Source: Eledone cirrhosa
Taxonomy: Eukaryota
NCBI GenBank assembly: GCA_964016885.1
Contig: OZ024741.1
Location: forward strand, 220,224,001-220,288,000
Reading direction: 5' to 3'
Length of the DNA stretch: 64,000 nucleotides
The position numbers and the translations under genes were made by a program. Under the pieces are notes generated by a model, which had not been told where the DNA came from, did not search any database, and saw only the letters and a list, made by a program, of their open reading frames with translations. The stretch's first letter is position 1, and every line of letters begins with the position of its first letter. This document shows, piece after piece, positions 54,693 through 64,000 of this stretch.

Positions 54693-57600
54693 ATAACTTT
54701 GATAACTTTGATAGGTTTCGGCTAGTGTTGGCCCAGGCCTTGTCTAACTTAATAGCACCACCTAGCGAAGTCTTACAAATCAGTGTTTTCGGCACCATGG
54801 CCCGCTAGAGCAGAGAGTTATTGTTTACGGAGGCATATCCGGGTGTAGGAGGCTTATCCGGGATTTCTTGAAGGAATTTGTCCACAGACTTCTTGAACTT
54901 GATGGGGTCTGTTTCTGTTTTGATGTGTTTTGGTGTAATGTTAAAGATAGCAGGGCCAATTGAGGTGAAATAATTGTGCCGTATTGTTGTTATGAGATGC
55001 GAGTAAGATTTTTGTCGTGGGCGGATAGCACGGACACAAGCCTTGGGTGTACATTAAAGGTGATGCCAACATCATTTGGGCAAAGCTGATGGAATATTTT
55101 CTACATCATGCAGATAATGTAGCGCTCAGGGCGACGTTGGAGAGAATAAAGGTTGAGCTTTTCTAATCGACCCCAATAGACAATACCATCTATCTTTTTT
55201 GTAATCGATCTTTGGGGTGCTTCAACTTTCATGATATTTTGTTTCGTATGGGGAGACCACAGTGGACAACAGTATTCAAGGTGGGGTCGGGCCAAAGTGG
55301 AGAAGAGAAGGATAACATTGTGGATATATCTCGACTGGAAAGTTCTGAGAATCCAGGAACACATTCTGCGGGCCATGTCAACGTTGCTGTTTATATGAGT
55401 GGCCCAGCTTATGTTGTTGTCCACAATTACTCCCAGGTCTCTGATGTTATTGGATGCCACTAGAGTTTCACCTGAAGGAAGAGAGTATGGTGGTTTCAGG
55501 GCATCGTTTTTTCCAAAGTGGATTAATTCAAATTTATCCTTATTCAACAGCATATTATTCTTTTCTGCCCATTGGATAACAGCCAGTAGGTCTGACTGAA
55601 GGCAAGTCCGGTCACCCACCTCATTGATGACCCTTTGGAGCTTGGAATCATCATTGCTGTGCTTGATGATGTCACTAATGTCATTAATGTAGATGATGAA
55701 AAGTAGTGGGCCCAACACAGTGCCTTGTGGGACGCCACTGCTGACTTTGGCAGGGCTTGATTTTACTCCTTCGACTACAACATGTTGGGTTCTGTCTGTC
55801 AGGAAACATTTGATCCACTGTAGTAACTTTCCAGGGACACATTGGATAGTTTTTTCAGTAGAATCTTATGATCAACCCTGTTAAAGGCCTTGCTGAAATC
55901 AAGGTAGATGACATCAGTGTTTGGGCCCTCTCCCAAGGCTCTTAAAACATCGTCAAAGTGATGCAGGAACTGCGTTAGGCAGTCCCTTCCATTACGGAAC
56001 CCATGTTGGTTGGAGTTCAGCAGGCCGTTGCTTTGAAGAACATGTGTTATTCGTGATCTCACCACCCTCTCAAATACCTTGATAATATGAGAGGTGAGTG
56101 GAGTGAGATCGGACAGTAGTTCACTGCAAGGGACTTATTTCCCTTTTTGAAAACCGGGACAACGAACTGGAACAGAAAGTTTTCAGGAATATAACCAGTG
56201 TCCAGTGAGTTCCTCCACAGGATAGCAAGAGGAGATGCAAGTTGACGTCGACACACCTTCAGGACACAAGCAGGGAACCTGTGGGGGCCTACTGCTGGAT
56301 TGTGATTAATTTCGTTTATTGCCGCTAAGACATCAGGGACGCCAAACGTTATGTCTGATATAGTGTGCTGGGGGTTAACATCACTGATACAGCCCAGATC
56401 GGCCATATCAGGATTGCTGAAATCAGAGCAGTATTGTTTCTGCAGTATCTCGCCCATGGCTTTGGCATTATCTTGGAGTGTGCCATTTTCATCAACTAGA
56501 GGGCCAACAGTGGAGACAGTGACCTTGTGTTTTTTAAGCAAATGAAAAGAACACTTTGGGGTTGAGTTTGGTTTTCTCAATGGCCCACCTCTCTTCAGCT
56601 GTTCTCTGGTTATTGACGAGGGTCATCATGCATTGCTGGAGGTTATATTTTTTTTATTCAAGCAGGGCGATAGCCGTCGAATGTGTGTGTTGCTGTTGGC
56701 AGTATTTTAGTGTGTTAATTTTTTTGTTTGTTCTTTTTATTTTTCTGATAATTGTTTTTTCTGTTTTGGAGGATACTGCACCTAGTTTTGTTCACAGGTT
56801 TTGGTGGGATGTGTTTTGTACATATATTTGTGACAGTGTCTACAAAGATTTGCCAAGATGTTTTAATGTTGATGGAAATGTGTGCGTGTGTAAAAGACCA
56901 GTCAACATGTGATAGTTCGTTCACAATTGCATCCCAGTTGGCATTGTAGAGATCCATGTTATCAAATGGGTGGGCTGGAAATAGGTCGCTAGGATTAGCT
57001 TTCGGCTGGTGGAATCTCAGGTTACAAAGAACCATGTCAGGGTCTGAGATAAGGGTTTCTTCCACTGTAATATTATGTATAGTGTTAGTGTGGTTATTAA
57101 ACACTAAATCCAGAATGTTCTTCTGATGCCTTGTTGGTGCAAGGACAAGTTGGAACAAGAAAAACTCATTCATGAAGTCAAGAAGTGACTCGACTGCTTC
57201 TTTGTCAGTGGTTAAGGTTGGGGTGCCTGGTTTCAATCTGATTGTAGACCAATCGTCACAGGGTAGATTAAAGTCTCCCATCAAAAGTATGTTGCTAAAA
57301 TGGCCCTGTCTAATAAAGCATTTAATACTCTTGAGGCATTCTTTGAAGCAGATTATGGGTGTTTGTGGTGGCCTATAGATGCCAACTAATATCAGGTCAT
57401 TGGATTTGTTGTGCACAGTGACTGATTCACAGTAGCCATTGGAGAATGTTTTGTTACCATCTGCTGTAAAGGAATCATGCAGGAAAATGGCAGTTTCCCC
57501 CTTCCTTCAGCCAACACGATCCGCGCGGATGGTTGTGAAATTCCTCACTCTTACTTCGGCCTCCAAGTGGGAGTTGTCAAGGTGGGTCTCAGTAAGAATG

Positions 57601-58060
57601 AAGAAGGGGATGTGAAATGGATGCTTACCAACCCAATCCTCAATGAATTGGATCTTCCATTTCTGTGCATTGATGGATGGGCTGATACCTTCTGTATTGA
57701 GTAAAAAATGTGGAGGCTAGTGTGTTGGCTGGTTTTGACTGTTGCAGGGGGCTTGTTTTGAGATTGTGTGTTAGTGACAGCAATGATGGTGTTGGGTGAT
57801 GGTTAACATGTTTTTCTGTATCTCTTTTGCCAGGTTCATGGCTAAAAAAGAAACATTTTCTTGTTCAGGGAACAGTTTTTGATTGGATTTGTGGTTACAC
57901 CATTGGATAGGGTTGCAGTTCCCTTTTGTTGTTGTAATCGTGTCTTTGTGAAAAGACTGGAGCAGCATTACTGCAGCTGGGGGTGGCTTTATTGTGGTTT
58001 GTGTGTTGGCATGGAGCCCCTTTTCTGTTCCTGCGTTGTTTCCCCGGAAGATGAGTGAAG
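54693..58060 (-). mobile_element. Decayed CR1-group LINE (AP endonuclease + RT)
   Basis: APE motifs GIYRPP, MGDFNLP and ILDLVF in ORF 56715-57416. RT motifs QHGFR, YLDFSKAF, LGPLLFIIYIND, DLGVIVD and RPHLEYC. The 3' tail is (atcaaagtt)2, and there are several frameshifts. Confidence 0.92.
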
Positions 58061-58634
58061 GGACAGTCAGTCAGCAGACATAGTCTCTCACGTTGGGAAT
58101 TGTATCAACTCTAAGACCAAGATATTTAGATTTTGTCCGCCCCTGAAATCGCATCTACTTTTTAACTGGATTAACATACCAACGATTACTCTACCACCTT
58201 GACCTTCTTCTTTACTTATCACGCCTTCCACTCACTACCAATTTCATTACCTTATGAACACATACTTTCTACCAATATATACTTTTTCTCTCTCATCTCT
58301 TTCTATATAACATTTGACTTATATTCCCCCTTCCCTACTATATACCATACCTTAATTCATACACACCCACCACCTTTATCCTTTACACAGGTCACTTTTT
58401 AACTATATACCCTTATCCAGATCTCATCACAAATACTCTCTACTACAACTTTTACACCCCTTTCCTCCTTACCTTTTCTTAATAATTGTTTTTATTATTT
58501 TATTTCAGTTTTACTCTCCTTTGTCCCTACTTAGCCACTAGGTTTTTAAGCGTACTCACATAAGGTTGTATGTGGGCGCATATGCAGACAGGCTTATGTG
58601 TACTTACATATATACGTCTTTTTATTTATATGTA

Positions 58635-58738
<104 letters not shown>

Positions 58739-59005
58739 TTTATATGTATTTGTATATATGTATGTTTGTGCTTGTATATATGTTTTCGTGTATATGAGTA
58801 TATATGTGTTTACATGTGTGTGTAGATTTACGTATATGTTTATTTGTATGCGTGTGTTGATTTCTGTTTGCGTGCGTGTGTGCGCACGCGTATGTGTACG
58901 TATGTCGTGGGTTATGTACCTTTGAGATTCATTTTTCTAATTTATTGTAGTGTTCTTTGTATGTGTATGCATGTGGATGTGCGTGTATATGTTTGTATGT
59001 ATGTG

Positions 59006-59036
<31 letters not shown>

Positions 59037-59051
59037 ATGTGTGTGTATATG

Positions 59052-59112
<61 letters not shown>

Positions 59113-59234
59113 ATATATATATGTATGCACATATATGTGTATGTGTACGTATGTTTTTATATATATATACACATATATACGTGTGTGTGTTTACATGTGT
59201 GTATATGTATATATGCATGTATATGTGTATATAT

Positions 59235-59282
<48 letters not shown>

Positions 59283-59461
59283 ATATGCATATCTTGTGTA
59301 TTTGTTTATAATTAAGTTGTTTTTATTTATGCCCCCCTCCCCCCGCACACTCACACCTATCGTTGTCAATACGCCCCCACCCCACCTTTTTTTTACTTTA
59401 TTTTGTTTTTGATTTTGATCTTTACTTTCTTATATATATACATATATATATAAATATAAAT

Positions 59462-59676
59462 TCAGCGAGAATCGAATTTCGGCGGGTAGAAAAAGCGAAA
59501 CGTAACGCAAATTCCGAGTCATGCTGGCAAGCGCTCCATGGGCTAAGAAAGACCAGAGCAATAAACATAGGTTATAAACACCATACAAACTGAGAAGGCG
59601 GTCAAGAAGCCATTAACCACCTAAACCAAAAAACAAGTCAAGCTAAACAGGTCAGACAAAATAAATGACATATTCA
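59462..59676. repeat. (TA)n-embedded element end, near-identical copy at 60312-60525 and diverged copy at 34672-34850
   Basis: Shared agcgagaatcg(a/c)atttc, ggcaagcgctc, agagc and actgaga.gg.ggt. Confidence 0.85.
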
Positions 59677-59880
59677 TATATATATATTTTGTTTAATATA
59701 AGGAACTGTTTCTTTGTTTATTCATTATTATTTTTTTTTAATAATTTATTTTGACTCTGTTTTCCGTTTATCTTTCACCGAAAGTGATTTTTGAATGCAT
59801 CTCTTCTTTTCATGATATCCGGATTACATTGAGTTCTTCATACGGATGGGACACTACCGTAAACTTTTGGTAGATTTATC

Positions 59881-59923
<43 letters not shown>

Positions 59924-60521
59924 CAAACCTGGACCCTTGGAATTGATGGTAAAATCCAGTACCCGGTTTCTGTGACACCTAAATCAATAATACTGTCTGC
60001 TTAAAACAATAAGCGCTTGGTATAATGATCGAAGGAGGAATATCACGTTATCAACAGGTATTTTGTTCTGCGCCAGTGTTGTGGAATACACAGTGTTTTG
60101 TAAAAGCACATGTGTAACTCACAGGGGAAAAAACCCAGATTTTGGCAAATGAATTCAGTATGTGTAAATCATACAAAAAATTGCATAAATAGCACAAATC
60201 GAATAAGCACTCGACCAGGTAATTTTTAAAATAAACTCATGGAATTAATCTGTCAATAGAATTATTAACAGGTTAATTGTAAGACTCGGGAGATTAATAC
60301 AAATATATATTTAGCGAGAATCGCATTTCGGCGGGTAGAAAAAGCGAAACGTAACGCAAATTCCGAGTCATGCTGGCAAGCGCTCCATGGGCTAAGAAAG
60401 ACCAGAGCAATAAACATAGGTTATAAAGGCCATACAAACTGAGAAGGCGGTCAAGAAGCCATTAACCACCTAAGCCAAAAAACAGGTCAAGCTAAACAGG
60501 TCAGACAAAATAAATGACATA

Positions 60522-60574
<53 letters not shown>

Positions 60575-60998
60575 ATATAACAAACCTGGATATATATATA
60601 TATATATACATATATTTTTTGTTCTTATTTATCTATTTAGTTATTATTGTTTCCTAACTACTGTTCATATTTGTGTGTACATTTTTGAGTGCATATATAT
60701 CTGTGTATATGTATGTGTATGTATTTATGTATATATCTGTGTATTTGCATGTGTATGTATTTATGTTCCTGTCTGTTTTTCTATGTAGACGCAAGTACAC
60801 TTATGTGAGAAAGTATCTGTCTACGTACTTTTTAGTTTATGCGCGTAGTTGAGTGTGTGTATGTTTACGTTCTGGTTATATATATTTTTTCGTTTTTCCC
60901 CCTTTTTCCTTTTCGCCCGTTTTTTTTTCAGCCTCACTTTCATATTTCCTTAATATTGTTTTCAAATCCATATTTAATAAATACACCATGTTTTTTAA

Positions 60999-61059
60999 TT
61001 CATTCTGACGACTGAAGACAGACACAACATCTGTTTTCAAGAAACCACTGGTGAATGAA
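60999..61059 (+). ncRNA. Type I hammerhead fold with G at the cleavage position
   Basis: ttcatt CTGACGA c-tgaagacaga-cacaaca-tctgttttca-a GAA ACCACTGGT G aatgaa. Confidence 0.75.
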
Positions 61060-61150
61060 ATAATTATCTTATGTTGTTTATTACATAACTAATAAGCTAT
61101 GTAACCTACATAGAGCACTCTTTTTTCCTGTACCTTTCTGACGGAAATAC

Positions 61151-61227
<77 letters not shown>

Positions 61228-61228
61228 C

Positions 61229-61262
<34 letters not shown>

Positions 61263-61394
61263 TGCAAAGGTTTTATTTAAAATTGTTGGATTACAACAAG
61301 TAAATAGTTTATAACTGATATAAAGCACTCGACAAGTTTTTGGAGTATATATACGATATTAAACAAATGGAAACTATATTTATAAAACCATATT

Positions 61395-61460
61395 TATTTC
61401 ATTATACATATTTCAGGGATACCATATTAAAAATATGGCATGCCTTCGTCAGATAAAATA
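61395..61460 (-). ncRNA. Type I hammerhead ribozyme in a PLE-like terminal fragment (about 61262-62140)
   Basis: tattttat CTGACGA aggcatgccatat-tttta-atatggtatccct GAA ATATGTAT A atgaaata. Confidence 0.82.
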
Positions 61461-62177
61461 CAATATATAAACAGTTTTATAAATAATTTTGACGTACCAT
61501 ATTATAAGCGACCATTAAATTAGGAAGCTGTCTTGGTAGTGATTTGTTTATACTTATTTAGTTATAGTGTTAAGCACAGTTAGAAAAAGACGGAGAGAAA
61601 GAAGAAACGGAGGTAAAGAAAAAACAGAGAAATAGAGGGGGAGAGAAAGAAAGGAGGAGGTGAAAAGGAACAAGGAAGAAATAAGAGAGGCAAACGAAAG
61701 CAACAGATAAATAATAATTCACCATACATATAGAAAAACTCAAGAGAGAGGGAGTACTATATAGAGAGAGAATGATAATAATTATTTAGTTATAGTGTTA
61801 AGCACAGTTAGAAAAAAGACGGAGAGAAAGAAAAAAAACTGGAGATAAAGAAAAAGAAAAAACAGAGGGAGAGAGGGGGGAGGAAAGGAAGAGAGAGAGA
61901 AAATATAAATATATAGGAGGAAGTGAAAGAGAAACAGGAGAGAAATAGGAGAGGCAAACGAAAGCGATAGATACATAATAAATCATCATACACAAAGACA
62001 AACTCAAGAGAGAGGAGAAAGTGCCATAAAGAGAGAGAAGGATATAGTTACATCTTTACGTCATGTCATACCATTTTGAATTTTCGATTCATATGAAATG
62101 GATAATAAGAATGCAAATATCGATATTCATGAATGAGACATAGATATATAATATACACACATATATATATATATATA

Positions 62178-62335
62178 TAACGAAGGAAATGTGTTAAGGA
62201 ACCAGGTGGACCATAACGCACCAAAGTACTCAATACTTAGGGTAGTAGAGTGGGTAATAGGAACGAGTAGGACACCGACGGCTGAGCTCAAGCCGTTTCG
62301 ACGGCTTGAGCTCAGCTGTCGGGGTCCTACTCGTT

Positions 62336-62412
<77 letters not shown>

Positions 62413-62434
62413 CTATATATATATATATATATAT

Positions 62435-62468
<34 letters not shown>

Positions 62469-62487
62469 CTATATATATATATATATA

Positions 62488-62519
<32 letters not shown>

Positions 62520-62595
62520 GGAACGAGTAGGACCCCGACGGCTGAGCTCAAGCTGTCGAAACGGCTTGAGCTCAGCCGTCGGTGTCCTACTCGTT

Positions 62596-62650
<55 letters not shown>

Positions 62651-64000
62651 CGAACGAAATGTGGTAAGGAACCAGGTGGACCATAACGCACCAAAGTACT
62701 CAATACTTAGGGTAGTAGAGTGGGTAATAGGAACAAGTAATACCCCGACGGCTGAGCTCAAGCCGTTTCGACGGCTAATTCTGTATTGAATGAAAATTTA
62801 TTCTGGTATTTAAATAGCCGAACTTATCAAGGGGTAATTCCATATATGGTCAAAGAGATAATCACCAGGATTCGTCACATCACAAGTTAGTAGTAAATCT
62901 GTGATGGCAAGTTAGTCCTTCTACCCCAGTTCCCTTTCTTTGTCGTCGTCTTTTTCTCGCCCACCCGAGGTAGCCCATCGGTCCCTTGTAGCTTCAGCAC
63001 CCCCACCCCCTCCCCTATTCTATGATAGATTTGGCTGACTCCGCTTTTTATAGCAGAGGTGTTCGACTTCGGATACTCGCCCCCTTCTCCGACCGCTGTC
63101 CCTTTTTTCCGTGCCTTCTATATTTCTTAGTGGCATCTTTGCTTTAATTTCTCGTTTATCCAGTATTTCTTTCTTCCTTTTCCCTTGTATTAATTTTCCG
63201 TTCTTTACTTTTACTTCGTACGATCTTTCATGTAGCTTGTATAAGACTTTTTGTTTCGTGGCGGTACCCTTAGAGTTAGCACTAGTATTTTTTTGCGGGT
63301 CCCTGAATTATATCCTCGTACTAGTTTACTTTCTTGCACTGGGTGGTTGCTGGCCCTGTGATTGGGGTAGAAACCTTTATTATTTTCGTGGTAGTCTCTC
63401 TAGTATTCTGCCCCCCCCCCCCCCCCTTTGTTGACCCGTCACAGTACGATACACGCACTTATACCTCGTATAAGGGTCCCTTTATTTCCGTCCCACCTAG
63501 TTTATTTCTATTATTATTATTTATTTTTTTATTCTACATTATATATATATATATCTTTTTTTTTTTTTTAAATTTATTTATCTATTCTTTTATTCACTTA
63601 TTTGTTTATTTATTTATTTATGTATCTCTTTAGCCTAGCAATAGCGAGAGACTTATGTCTTAGTAACCAGATTTGGCTTTTTTTTTTTCTCTCTCAGTAC
63701 CTTTTATAGTTTTACCTTTCATTGTTCTACTTACCGTTTCGACCTCCTCCCCCTCCCCAGTATCCTCTTTGACCTCACACCCAGCTGTAGCTGGCACTAC
63801 CAACGCATGAATGGGTCTACTCCACCCCCTCTCCCTTTTCCTCCTACCGGCATGTTTAGCTACCCCTTCCCCCACCAACTTGCCATCACAGATTTACTAC
63901 TAACTTGTGATGTGACCAATCCTGGTGATTATCTCTTTGACCATATATGGAATTACCCCTTGATAAGTTCGGCTATTTAAATACCAGAGTAAATTTTCAT
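62178..64000. mobile_element. Complex PLE-like terminal-repeat insertion with inverted arms, running off the window
   Basis: The tail 62178-62310 is repeated at 62648-62776. Palindromes lie at 62259-62339 and 62519-62599. 62790-62912 is the inverse of 63878-64000. There is no convincing ORF. Confidence 0.8.
62741..62836 (-). ncRNA. U3-A8 variant hammerhead with long stems II and III (5' half of the plus copy at 63954-64000)
   Basis: tacccc TTGATAA gttcggcta...tagccgtc GAA ACGGCTTGAGCTCAGCCGT C ggggta. Confidence 0.78.

Overview
Repeat-saturated eukaryotic DNA, not prokaryotic. The SINE families and very long (TA)n/(CA)n tracts suggest a cephalopod such as Octopus (inference). I find no credible host gene; almost all tracked ORFs are translations of simple repeats. 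Real coding remnants are all transposon-derived: a DD37D (maT) transposase, a probable hAT dimerisation domain, two CRE-like restriction-endonuclease domains, RTE 3' ends, a decayed CR1-group LINE, and two Penelope-like elements (PLEs) with RT + GIY-YIG and inverted pseudo-LTRs. The main result is a set of (TA)n-embedded PLE-type elements carrying type I hammerhead ribozymes (HHRs). It includes a 3.4-kb fold-back array of an apparently identical 311-bp unit with 11 HHRs (retrozyme-like, with a PLE-type inversion), a 319-bp retrozyme-like monomer, and several other HHR families with non-canonical cores (U3-A8, C4) or very long stem II. Several of these families share a short tail motif, and one family has an unidentified conserved motif where the others have an HHR. 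A 21-bp minisatellite visibly arose inside a retrotransposon endonuclease coding region. All folds and alignments were done by eye; coordinates may be off by a few bases.
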